From an uncultured Solirubrobacterales bacterium (lineage in GTDB: Bacteria > Actinomycetota > Thermoleophilia > Solirubrobacterales > 70-9), in assembly GCA_963825825.1 (NCBI GenBank), contig CAWGUT010000004.1, forward strand, positions 9,715-73,714: 64,000 nt of DNA, in the 5' to 3' direction. A model generated the notes under the pieces. That model saw nothing but the letters and a program-made list of their open reading frames with translations. It had not been told where the DNA came from and did no database searches. Below are positions 41,684 to 51,290 of the stretch, one piece after another. Positions within the stretch are counted from its first letter, which is position 1. Each line of letters opens with the position of its first letter. The translations under genes and the position numbers were made by a program.

Positions 41684-42786
41684 GCGACACGACGTCATCC
41701 TGGTCATCGTCGTCGCGACGGCGCTCGCCTTCGACTTCACCAACGGCTTCCACGACACCGCCAACGTCGTCGCGACCTCGATCTCGACCGCGCGCGATGC
41801 CGCCGCGGGTCGCGGTCGCCTATCGCCGCGCTGCTCAACTTCGTCGGCGCCTTCATCTCGCTCGCGGTCGCGGCGACCGTCGCCAAGGACGTCGTCGACG
41901 CCGACGTGATCACGCCGACGGTCGTCTTCGCCGGCCTGATCGGGGCGATCGCCTGGAACCTGGTCACCTGGTACTTCGGGCTTCCCTCGAGCTCCTCGCA
42001 CGCGCTGATCGGCGGCGTCGTCGGCTCGGCGTTCGCGGCCGCCGGCGTCGGACGCGGTGCTCGGCGACGGGCTGGTCGGCAAGGTCCTGATCCCGGCGGT
42101 GGTCGCGCCGATCCTCGCCTTCGTCGTCGCCGGCATCGCGATCGACATCGTCTACCGGATCGTCGGCAGGCGAGCGGCCGGGACCGGTGAACCGCGGCTT
42201 CAGGCTCGGCCAGGTCGTCTCCGGCGGGCTGCTGGCGCTGGCCCACGGGACCAACGACGCCCAGAAGACGATGGGCGTGATCACCCTGGCGCTGATCGCC
42301 AACGGCAACCTCGTCGTCGGACGCCGAGCGTGCCCATTCTGGGTGGTCGTCTCCGCGGCGACGCGCGATCGCGCTCGGCACCTACAGCGGCGGCTGGCGG
42401 ATCATCCGGACGATCGGCACCCGGATCATCAAGATGGACGCCGCGCAGGGATTCTCGCGCCCAGGGCGCCGGGCGCCGCGGTGATCCTCGCCTCGACCCA
42501 CTTCGGCTTCCCGCTCTCGACCACCCAGGTGATCAACGGCGGCGTGATGGGCGCCGGCGCCGGCAAGCGGCTCTCGGCCGTGCGCTGGGGCGTCGCCGGC
42601 AACATCGTCGTCGCCTGGCTGCTGACGCTGCCCGCCGCGGCGGCGATCGGCGCGCGCGACCTACGGCTTCTGCCAGCTCTTCGGCAACGGCGCGGCCGGC
42701 CCGGTGATCGTCTCCGCCCTGGGGATCGCCGCGCCGGCGCTGTCGTCTTCGCCCGCCGGCTGCGGCAGGAGCCGCTGCCGGCGTAG
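41680..42786 (+). pseudogene. pit: inorganic phosphate transporter, PiT family, multiply frame-disrupted
   Basis: GTG 41680 overlaps the DUF47 stop (GTGA). Motifs are [54 protein letters not shown] and FGFPLSTTQVINGGVMGAG. Pieces are in ORFs 41541..41909, 41906..42190 and 42187..42786. At least 6 switches. Confidence 0.85.
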
Positions 42787-42795
42787 GAGGCTCGG

Positions 42796-43036
42796 ATGAC
42801 TCGCCACCGTCGTCGAGACGAAGGAGCTCCTGGAGACGGTCGTCGCGTCGCTGGTCGCCGGCATCGGGGTCACCACGGTCTTCTCGATCCTGATCTTCGG
42901 GGTGGCCCGCTCCGCCGACATGGTGCGCGACGACGGCCGGTGCTCGCCGCCGCCGCCGGGCGGCCTCGCGGTGCTCGCGTTCCTGGTCGTGACCGCGGCG
43001 ATCGTGCTCGGCATCGTCGTGATGACGAAGAAGTAG
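42796..43036 (+). pseudogene. small membrane protein, hypothetical, frame-disrupted
   Basis: ATG 42796 is followed by a switch to ATVVETKELLETVVASLVAGIGVTTVFSILIFGVARSADMVRDDGR...LAVLAFLVVTAAIVLGIVVMTKK, ending at TAG 43034..43036. Confidence 0.4.
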
Positions 43037-43038
43037 CG

Positions 43039-43569
43039 ATGGCCGACGAATCCGACAGCCCCGATCCGCGCCGCCGTCCGCGAGAGCGGCAGGGAGGAGA
43101 CGCGAGGAGGAGCGCGCCGACCGCAACCTCTCGGATCTGCTCCAGGAGCTCCGCGTGGCGCTGCCCGGGGTCCAGGTGCTGTTCGCCTTCCTGCTCACCG
43201 TCCCGTTCACCAGCGCTTCGACGACCTCAGCGAGCTTCCAGCAGAAGCTCTACTTCGGGGTGCTGATCAGCGTCGCGCTCGCCACCGTGCTGCTGGTCGC
43301 GCCGACCGCCGGGCACCGGATCCTCTTCCGCCGCCAGCAGAAGGAGTTCATCGTCACGATCTCCAACAGTCTCGCGCTGATCGGGCATGTTCCTGCTGGC
43401 GGTCTCGATGTGCGGAGCGATCGCGCTGATCAGCGACTTCCTCTTCGGGGCGACGACCGCGATCGTCAGCACCGCTCGTGATGGCTGCGGCCTTCATCGG
43501 CTTCTGGTTCGCGGGCCCGATCATCCGCCGGGCCGAAGCTTCCGCCCGCTGGCATCGAACCGCGATTGA
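43039..43569 (+). pseudogene. DUF6328 family membrane protein, frame-disrupted
   Basis: Starts at ATG 43039. Pieces are ERADRNLSDLLQELRVALPGVQVLFAFLLTVPFT (ORF 43155..43481), HRILFRRQQKEFIVTISNSLALIG and MFLLAVSMCGAIALISDFLFG (ORF 43387..43569). The family call is from memory. Confidence 0.55.
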
Positions 43570-44702
43570 AGGTCCTGATCCTGAGCGCGTCGATCGGGGA
43601 GGGCCACGACCTGCCCGCCCGGGTGATCGCCGAGGGAATCGCCGCGGAGGAGCCGCGGGCCGAGGTCGAGATCGTCGACTCGCTGGCGCTGGTCAACCCG
43701 CTGGTGCGCAGGCTCGTCCTGGACAGCTCGCGCTTTCACTCCAAGTGGGGCAACCGGCTCTTCGACCTCTCCTACAGGCTGATCACCGACGTGCGGCCGA
43801 CGCGCTGGTTCGCGGCGAGGCTGACCCAGTGGCTGGCCGCCCGGCCGATCAGGCGAGCGGTCCTCGAGCGGGCGCCCGACGTCGTGGTCTCCACCTACCC
43901 CGGGAGCACCGAGGTGCTCGGCGACCTGCGGGCCAAGGGAAGGATCGACGTCCCGGTCGTCTCCGCGATCACCGACCTCGCCGCGCTGCGTTACTGGGCC
44001 GCACCCCGGCGTCGACCTTCATCTGATCACCCACCCCGAGTCGGCCGAGGAGGTCCGCCGGATCGCCCCGGCCAGCGAGTCGTCTGCGTTCGCGGTCTCA
44101 CCGACGAGCGCTTCTACGGCCGCCGGGATCAGGGCGAGGCGCGGCGCGAGCTCGGTCTGCCGCCGGAGGGGCCGGTGGTGCTCGTCTCCGGGGGAGGCTG
44201 GGCGGTGGGCGATCTGGAGGGGGCGGCGGAGGAGGCGCTCGGCTCGCCGGAGCGACCGTGGTCTGCCTCTGCGGGCGGAACGAGCGGCTGCGGGCGGCGC
44301 TTGCGGAGCGCTTCGCGGCCGAGCCGCGCGTCGTGGTCGAGGGCTTCACCGAGCGGATGCCGGACTGGTTCGCGGCCGCCGACGTGCTCGTCCACTCGAC
44401 CGCGGGCTGACCGTGCTCGAGGCGATCATGAGGGGCTGCGGCGTCGTCTCCTACGGCTGGGGCATGGGGCACGTGCGGGTCAACAACGAGGCGTTCGTCC
44501 GCTTCGGCCTGGCGGAGGTGGCGCGCTCGCGCGATGAGCTCGCCCCGGCGCTGAGCGGGCGCTCGCCGCGAAGCCGGCGCCGGACGATTTCTTCGCCCGG
44601 CTGCCCTCCGCCGCGTCAGAGGTCCTCGGCCTCGCCGACGGCGAGCTGGGCGACGGCGGGAGAGCTCGCCAGCAGGCCGGCGCCCACGGCGATCGTCACT
44701 AG
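43566..44702 (+). pseudogene. MGDG-synthase-like (GT28) glycosyltransferase, multiply frame-disrupted
   Basis: TTG 43566 opens MKVLILSASIGEGHDLPARVIAEGI..., then VVSTYPGSTEVLG and VPVVSAITDLAALRYWA (ORF 43566..44537). Later pieces are VVLVSGGGWAVGDLE and GLTVLEAIMRGCGVVSYGWGMGHVRVNNEAF (ORF 44413..45285). The 3' end is uncertain. Confidence 0.6.
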
Positions 44703-45506
44703 CGCGGCGCCCAGCACCGCGCCGCCGAGTGGCGTTCCGCTCCAGCTCTCGCCGCCGACCAGGGGCGCGAGCACGACCGGGATCACGATCTGCATCACGA
44801 GAACCGTGGGGGCGACCCGCGTCGCCGCGAAGCTCTGCAGCGCGGTCGACTCGCTGATCAGGCCGACGATCACGACCGCGGCGACCAGCGCCGCCCAGAG
44901 GACGACCGCGACCAGCTCCCCCGCCGAGGCGTCCTGGGCGACGATCTTGGCGACGAAGGCCGCCAGCCCGTCGGCGGCGCCGGCGCTCGCGACCAGCAGC
45001 AGCATCGGGATAGCGGCGTCTCCTCAGCAGAGCGATGGCGTAGGGGAGGAGCGCCACCGCGATCAGGATCGCCAGCGCCACGACGAGGCCGGCGCCGCGC
45101 TCCACATCGCCGGTGTCGCGCGGGGCGGCCCAGGCGAAGACGCCGACCGAGGCGATGATCAGCAGCACCGCGGCGATCTCCCGCGGCCCGACGCGCTCGC
45201 CGAGGATCGCGCACGCCGAGCACCAGGAGCAGGAGCAGACCGAGGGCCAGCGTCGGCTGAACCAGCGTCAGCGGCGCCTCGGTGAGCGCCGCGATCTGCA
45301 GCGGCCAGCCGAGCAGCGAGAGGGCGGTCGCCCCGACCCAGAGCGGCGCGGACCAGGTGGGTGATCAGCGACGGGCGCAGGGCCTGCTCGGCCGGCGCGC
45401 GCCGCGCCTCGATCGCCTGCAGCGCGTAGCCGGTCTCGTAGCAACAGGCGGCGGCGAGCGCCAGGGCGAAGCCGAGAGCGAGCTCCCCGTCCATGAGTGG
45501 CACCAT
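44616..45506 (-). pseudogene. DMT-superfamily-like membrane transporter, frame-disrupted
   Basis: MVPLMDGELALGFALALAAACCYETGYALQAIEAR is in ORF 45159..45506. A middle piece reads LGERVGPREIAAVLLIIASVGVFAWAAP. The C-terminus is in ORF 44616..45005. The protein is all hydrophobic helices. About 3 switches. Confidence 0.5.
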
Positions 45507-46217
45507 CCTGCCATCCGACGCCCTCTTCTCCTCGGCGCGGCGGCCGCGGCGGCCGCCTGGTGGTCACCGGCGCTCGCGCCGGTCGTGCCGGCGTCGCGGA
45601 GCTGCTCGGGCTGCCGCGGCGAATCGACGAGCCGGATGCCGTGGCGCTCACCTTCGACGACGGGCCCCATCCCGAGGGGACGCCGGCGGTGCTGGAGAGC
45701 TCGTCAGCGGCGAACGCGACGGCGATCTTCTTTCTCTGCGGCGAGCAGGTCGAGCGGGACCCGGCGCTGGCGGCCGAGATCGTCGCGGCCGGGCACACCG
45801 TCGGCGCTGCACGGCTACCGCCACCGCAACATGCTGCGCCTCGCGCCGCGGACGTTCGTGGACGACCTGGAGCGGGGCATCGCGCGCGATCGAGGACGCG
45901 GCCGGGGATCCGGCCGGCCCTCTACCGCCCGCCCTACGGGATCTTCAGCTACCCGGGGATCGTCGAGGTCAGCGCCCGCGGGCTGCGGCCGCTGCTCTGG
46001 TCGCGCTGGGGCCACGACTGGCGGGCGGACCGGTCGCCGGAGGCGATCGCGGCCGAGGTCGACCGAGGAGCTGCGCGGCGGCGACGTGCTCCTGCTCCAC
46101 GACGCCGACCACTACAGCGAGCCCGGCTCGCTGGCGAGGCACGGTGGCGGCGCTGCCCGCGGTGTCTGAGGACGATCGAGCGCCGCCGGGCTCTGCGCGA
46201 CAGTCGCCTCAGCGTGA
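45493..46217 (+). pseudogene. polysaccharide deacetylase (NodB family), multiply frame-disrupted
   Basis: DAVALTFDDGPHPEGTPAVLE (ORF 45497..46495), ATAIFFLCGEQVERDPALAAEIVAAGHTVG, LHGYRHRNM (ORF 45282..46169), YRPPYGIF and LLLHDADHYSEPGS. About 4 switches. Confidence 0.75.
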
Positions 46218-46557
46218 CGCGTGTCCGCTGGCCGGCCTCCTCGTCGCCGCGCCAGCGGATCGCCGCGGTCGCCACCACCAGGGCGATCGCCAGCCCCATC
46301 ACGCTGAGGGCGATGCGTGCCCTTGTGCGGCACCCCGAGGTTGAAGATGTGGCGAGTCCAGGGCAGCGTCTCGAGCAGCGACGTAGGCGGCCAGCGAGCC
46401 AGCCCGCGAGCACCCCGCCGCCGGCGGGGCGGCGGCCGCCGGGGCCGAGGGGCAACAGGCTGAAAGCGTGGCCAGGATCGCGATCAGGCAGGTGACCGCC
46501 ACGTAGCCGGCCTGCCCGGTGCCGAAGTCGTCGCTGCGGAAGGCGAGCGCGACGGGA

Positions 46558-47617
46558 TCAGCGTTCCGGCCGCGCAGGCCAGGCCACGATCCAGGCGCTG
46601 GGCCAGGTGGGGCCGGACGCGGTCCAGCCGGGAGCTCCGTGGCGGCAGCGACGGCGGCGACCGCCCGGATCGGGCTCGGCCGCGGCGACCGGAACGGGCT
46701 CGGCGGCCTGCGCGCGCTCGGGCTCGAGCCAGGCGAGGTAGCGGCGGACGCCCTCGCGGAGCGGGGTGGAGGCCCGCCAGCCGAGCTCCTCGGCGGCCCG
46801 CTCGTTCGAGACCACCGCGCCGCCGAAGTCGCCGTTGCGCCCCGGCGTGTGGACGATCTCGGTGTCGTCGATCAGCTCCGAGACGATGCTCGGCGAGCTC
46901 GCGGATCGTCACGGTCTCGTCGCCGGCGAGGTTGTAGATGCGGTTCTCCGCCGCCGCGCTCGGGCGCCGGCGACGACGCCCTCGGCGAGGTCCTCGACGT
47001 AGACGAAGCGGCGCGTCTGCTGGCCGTCGCCGGCGATCGTCAGCGGCTCGCCCTTGAGCGCCTTCGAGACGAAGATCGGGATCACGGCCGCCGGCCGCGC
47101 GCGCGGCCCGTAGGGGATCCCGAAGCGCAGGATCGTGCAGGGCACGTCGTAGAGCTCGGCGTAGGAGGTGCAGTACATCTCGCCGGCGAGCTTGCTCGCC
47201 GTGTAGAGGTGGTCCGGCAGGCCGAGCGGGGACTCCTCGTCGATCACGCCGTCGCCCGAGGCGCCGTAGACCCAGATCGTGCTGCCGTAGACCACCGCGG
47301 GTGCCGGTGGCGCGGGCCGCCTCGAGCACCGCCAGGGTGCCGCGCGAATTGCACTCCTCGGCGTCCGACCGGCTGCTCGGCGACGATGCCGACGTCCGCG
47401 TAGGCGGCGAGGTGGACGACGGCATCGCAGTCCTCCATCGCGCTCGCGGAGGGCGTCGGGGTCGAAGAGGTCGCCGATGACCGTGTCGACCGAGCCGGGC
47501 TCGTGGTGAGGCGAGGGGCGCAGGTCGTAGATCCGCGGCTCGAAGCCGGCCTCGGCGAGCTTGTCGACGACGTGCGATCCGATGAACCCGGAGCCGCCGG
47601 TGACCAGGACCTGTCAT
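46558..47617 (-). pseudogene. NAD-dependent epimerase/dehydratase, multiply frame-disrupted
   Basis: ATG 47617 overlaps the DegT stop (ATGA). Motifs are VLVTGGSGFIGSHVV (Rossmann), YTASKLAGE (YxxxK, ORF 46909..47295), IYNLAGDETVTIRELAE and VVSNERAAEELGW (ORF 46558..46815). About 4 switches. Confidence 0.8.
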
Positions 47618-48699
47618 GCGGTCTCCTCTGACAGGGACCTGCTGTCCGGGCTCCAACGCGCCGGCGCGTAGTAGAGCGGCACGCACCAGTGGTTCTCGGC
47701 GACCCAGTCGGTGTTGGGCAGGTCGTCGCCGGTTCCCATGATCCGGTGGCAGGGGTCCTCGTAGACCTTGCCGGTCGAGCGCTCGATCGGCTCGAAGACG
47801 ATGTACTTGTAGAGCCCGGAGGTCATCCCGTCGGGCAGCTCGAGGCGCGCGCTGTAGACGGGGTCGAGCCGCTCGCGCGCGATCGCGTTCTTGCGGGCGA
47901 CGATCTCGTCGAGCCGCTCGGTCTGCACCAGCCCGATCGCGGCGGTGAACTCGCTCATCCGCAGGTTGAGGCCCTCGACCCGGTGGTCGGGCTTGCCGTA
48001 GTTGCGGAAGGCGCGGGCGTGCTCGAGGACCTCCTCGCGGTCCGAGACGAGCATCCCGCCCTCGCCGGTGGAGATCGTCTTGGTCGCGTAGAAGGAGTAG
48101 GCGCCGGCGTCGCCCCAGGTCCCGGGCCGGCGACCGTTCCAGCGCGCCCCGTGCGCGTGGGCGCAGTCCTCGAGCAGGAAGATGCCGTCGGCGCGGCAGT
48201 ACTCGGCGATCCGCTCGACGTCGAAGGCGATGTGCCCGCCGATGTGGACCAGCACCGCGGCGCGCGGCCGGTGCTCCTCCGCCTTGCGCTCGAAGTCGTC
48301 GAACGACATGCAGAGGTCGTCGCGGTTGCAGTCGACGAAGACCGGCTCGGCCGCCCGCAGCGGATGATCGACAGGGGCGTCGCCATGAAGGTGTTGGAGG
48401 GGCAGAGCACCTTCTCGCCGCGGACGCCGGCGAAGTCGAGTGCGGCGAGGGCCGCGCCGCTCCAGCCGCCGGTCGCGACCGAGCCGAGCCCGTGCAGGTC
48501 CGACCAGGCGGCCTCGAAGCGCGCGGTCATCTCGCCCTCGGACCAGCGCTCGGACGAGCACGATCTCGTCCCAGAGCTCGTGGAGCCTGGGGAGGTCGCG
48601 GCGGTCGAAGCCGATCGCAAACTGGCTGTGGTCAGCGGGGGTCAGGGGATCGCGGGCGTCGGGAGCCAGGGGCAGCGCCGCACTGCGCGGCGAGGGCAC
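47614..48699 (-). pseudogene. DegT/DnrJ/EryC1/StrS family aminotransferase, two frame breaks
   Basis: ORF 47614..48699 carries the C-terminal two thirds (EDCAHAHGA, FYATKTISTGEGGMLV). The N-terminal core WSEGEMTARFEAAWSDLHGLGSVATGGWSGAALAAL...CPSNTFMATP is in ORF 47955..48620. Confidence 0.85.
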
Positions 48700-48721
48700 G
48701 GATAGTCAGCTCAGGCGGAGG

Positions 48722-49369
48722 TTATGGCTCCGCTAAACCCGCTAGAAGGTGCCGGATCTGACCGGGTGCTACCAGGTCCGCGCCTCGGCGCGTGAGCGCC
48801 TCGAGCTCGGACTGCGATCTCGCCCAGGAAGGGCGTCTCCGGATCGAGCGTCGTGGAGCTCCTCGACGTCCTCCGTCCAGAGCTCGCAGGCGCTCGTCGA
48901 GGGTGGTGCCGAGGCGCTCGCCGCAGGCCGGCCGGTCCTCGGGGGCGACCTTGTGCCAGTCGCGCATGTTGGCGACGCGGTCCGCTGCGTAGATGACCAC
49001 CGGGTCGCCGCCGGACTCCAGGATCCCGCTTGCGCAGCGCGCGCTTGCGCGCGCCGTAGCCGTCGATGTCGGGATCCTCGCTGAGGCAGTCGACCAGGCC
49101 GGCGACGTCGGGCCCGAAGCGCTCGCGGATCTCGTCGAGCTCGACGTCGGTGTGCTCGACGACGTCATGCAGGTAGGCGGCCGAGATCAGCGGCCCGTCG
49201 TAGCCGGACTCCATCGAGCAGATCGGCGACCGCGATCGGGTGCTCGACGAACTGCTCACCGGTCTGCTTGCGGTGCTGTCCGAGATGGACCCGGCGGGCG
49301 AAGCGGAGGGCGGCGGTGGCCAGCTCCGAGCTCGACCGCCGGCTCGGGGTGGGTCGAGACCTCAGTCAT
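48722..49369 (-). pseudogene. HD-domain protein of the RelA/SpoT hydrolase type ((p)ppGpp-hydrolase-like), frame-disrupted
   Basis: ATG 49369 opens MTEVSTHPEP. Pieces are RFARRVHLGQHRKQTGEQFVEHPIAVA, ISAAYLHDVVEHTDVELDEIRERFGPDVAGLVDCLSEDP (ORF 48711..49259) and the tail in ORF 48722..49168. About 4 switches. Confidence 0.65.
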
Positions 49370-49502
49370 CTGACGAGAACGCTAACGACGAAGTCTCGGA
49401 TTCTCAATTTGCGCTCCCCGGATCTCCGCAAATTCCGACCAAAACCGCTTGACAGTTCTTTCACATCGCGAGTTCGTTGCAAGCGCAATCTTCGATGGCC
49501 TG

Positions 49503-49530
49503 TTGCGGCGGGCCGCGCCTGACCTAGAAT
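49503..49530 (+). promoter_or_regulatory. sigma-70-like promoter placing the transcription start at or next to ATG 49539
   Basis: TTGCGG at 49503..49508, a 16-nt spacer, then TAGAAT at 49525..49530. The ATG at 49539 is 8 nt after the -10. The surrounding ~170 bp are the least GC-rich of this region. Confidence 0.45.
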
Positions 49531-49538
49531 CGCCGCAG

Positions 49539-49901
49539 ATGCTCCAGACGCGTCCGGAACATCGCGATCATCCTGGCCCTCGCGGCCGTGGTCGACTTCC
49601 TGCCCGGCGGCGGGCGCCGCCGCGCGACGCGTGCTCGCCGCGCTGATGTTGATCTTCTTCGCGGCGATCGCCTGGCTCGCTCTACCGGGTCTACCGCGAG
49701 CAGCAGCTCACCCTGGCGACGCTGCACGGACGCGCGCAAGGCGGGCCTCTTCGGCGCGGTCGGGGCGATCGCGCTGCTCGTGGTCGCCTACGACGAGTTC
49801 AGCTCCTGGACCGGCGGGAGTGCGTGCTCTGGATCGCGCTGATGGCGGGATGCGTCGGAGCGATCTTCCTGATCTGGCGCAGCGCGACGACCTACTACTG
49901 A
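49539..49901 (+). pseudogene. membrane protein, hypothetical, frame-disrupted
   Basis: ATG 49539. Pieces are NIAIILALAAVVDFLPGGG, LMLIFFAAIAWLAL, YREQQLTLATL, KAGLFGAVGAIALLVVAYDEFSSWTGG and LWIALMAGCVGAIFLIWRSATTYY, ending at TGA 49899..49901. About 3-4 switches. Confidence 0.4.
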
Positions 49902-49987
49902 TCGCCGCACTGATCGGGCGGCGATTCGTCGCCGATCTCGTTGCGTCTCGACGCTCCGCGTCACGAGGCCGCGCCTAGCTTCGGCCC

Positions 49988-50344
49988 ATGTCGCCGACGC
50001 GGAGCAAGAGGCCGCAGGAGCGCTCGGGGCAGGCATCCGTCGAGTTCGTGGCGGTCCTCCCGGCGCTCGCGGTCTGTCTGATCCTCGCCGGACAGGCCGT
50101 CGCCGCCGGCTGGGCGCTGTGGTCCGCCGGGAATCGCCGCGCGCGCGGGGGCGCGGGCAGAGCACGTCGGCGCGAGACCCGCAGGCCGCGGCCCGGCGTG
50201 CGCTTCCCGGCTCGCTTGCGGGGTGGGGCGGTGATCCGCTCCGGGGACGGCGTCCGCGTGAAGGTGCGGGTCCCGGCTCTGCTCCCCGGCGTCGAGCTGC
50301 CGTCCGTCGCCGCCTCCTCGACCCTGGATGCGACCGGCGGCTGA
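49988..50344 (+). pseudogene. TadE-like pilus-assembly protein; ORF open but with an internally out-of-frame stretch
   Basis: ERSGQASVEFVAVLPALAVCLILAGQAV is a TadE-type N-terminus. Between ~50135 and ~50228 the sensible sequence (AARAGARAEHVGA / DPQAAARRALPGSLAG) lies in the two other frames. The original frame then resumes (GAVIRSGDGVRVKVRVPALLPGVEL). Confidence 0.6.
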
Positions 50345-50697
50345 GGGACCCAGGGCGTCGGGGCAGGCCTCGGTCGAGCTGCTCGCCGCGCTGCCGGCGC
50401 TCGCTCTGGCCGCCGTCCTCGGGCTCGCAGCTGCTGCTCGTCGGGCTACTCGCTGACGATCGCCGACGGGGCCGCCGAGGCCGGGCCGCTGGCCGGTGCG
50501 GCGGGGCGTGACGCGCGGCGAGGCGGCTCGCGATGCGCTGCCCGGATGGGCGCGCGGCCGCGTCCGCAGGTGAGCGCCGCGGGTGGCCGGGTGCGGGTGC
50601 GAGTCAGACCGCCGGCGCCGCTGCGCCGCCGTCGCCGAAGCGCTCGACAGTCAGCTCCGAGGCCTGGTCGCGCCCGCCACCCGGAGCAGGCCGATGA
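50328..50697 (+). pseudogene. second TadE-like protein, frame-disrupted
   Basis: ATG 50328 opens MRPAAEGPRASGQASVELLAALPALALAAVLGL. Later pieces are QLLLVGYSLTIADGAAEAG and VSAAGGRVRVRVRPPAPL. TGA 50695..50697 overlaps the next ATG (ATGA). Confidence 0.5.
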
Positions 50698-51290
50698 CGC
50701 CGGCGATCCTCGTCGAGCGGCACGGACCGCCGGGCCGAGCCTGGGGCTGGCCGCCGCGGTCGCCGTCGAGGCAGCGGCACTGACCGGGCGCCGGGACCCT
50801 GCTCGTCGAGGTGGGCGAGGCGCGCGCAGCGCCGCGGCCCGACGCTGCTCGCCGCGCCCGCCGCTCGCCGGATCGAGGGGGCGCTGCGGCGGGAGCGGGC
50901 TGCGCGGGCTCCGCCCGCGGGCACCTCTGCCACCTCGCCCTGAACGAGCCGGCGACCTGGAAGCCGGTGCCGCCGCCGTGGCGCGACTCGGCTGCCGAGG
51001 CGGAGCTGCGGTGGTCCACGTCCCGGGCGCGCTCTGGGTGCCGGCGCTCCAGTCCGACCTGTCGATCGCCGGCGGGTGCCTGCTGGTCTCGCTGCCGGAG
51101 GAGCGCTCGCTCGCCGCGCTCGCGGTGGACGAGCTGGAGCGACGAGGGCTGCCGGCGCGGATCGCCACCCGAGCTCCCGGGGCTGCTCGCCGCCCGGCGG
51201 GCGCTGGCGGGCGCGCGGCCCGGCGGCGGGCTCTCCGATGCCGCCAGCCGAATCGCGCGGCGGCTGCTCGGCCTGGGGCGATCGGGCGGA
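50694..51290 (+). pseudogene. hypothetical protein in the Tad-like module, frame-disrupted
   Basis: ATG 50694 opens MTPAILV. Pieces are LGLAAAVAVEAAALTG, TLLVEVGEARAAPRPTLLAAPAARRIEGALRRE and AAVVHVPGALWVPALQSDLSIAGGCLLVSLPEERSLAALAVDELERRGLPARIA (ORF 50546..52474). The end is not resolved and no family is recognised. Confidence 0.3.

Noticed and set aside
46210-46560. A small membrane-protein gene downstream of the epimerase on the minus strand. Fragments are AGYVAVTCLIAILATLS, VLAGWLAG, LLETLPWTRHIFNLGVPHKGT and [29 protein letters not shown].
   Set aside because: The fragments lie in three frames, and I could not establish a start, a consistent order or a family. It is left unannotated rather than guessed.
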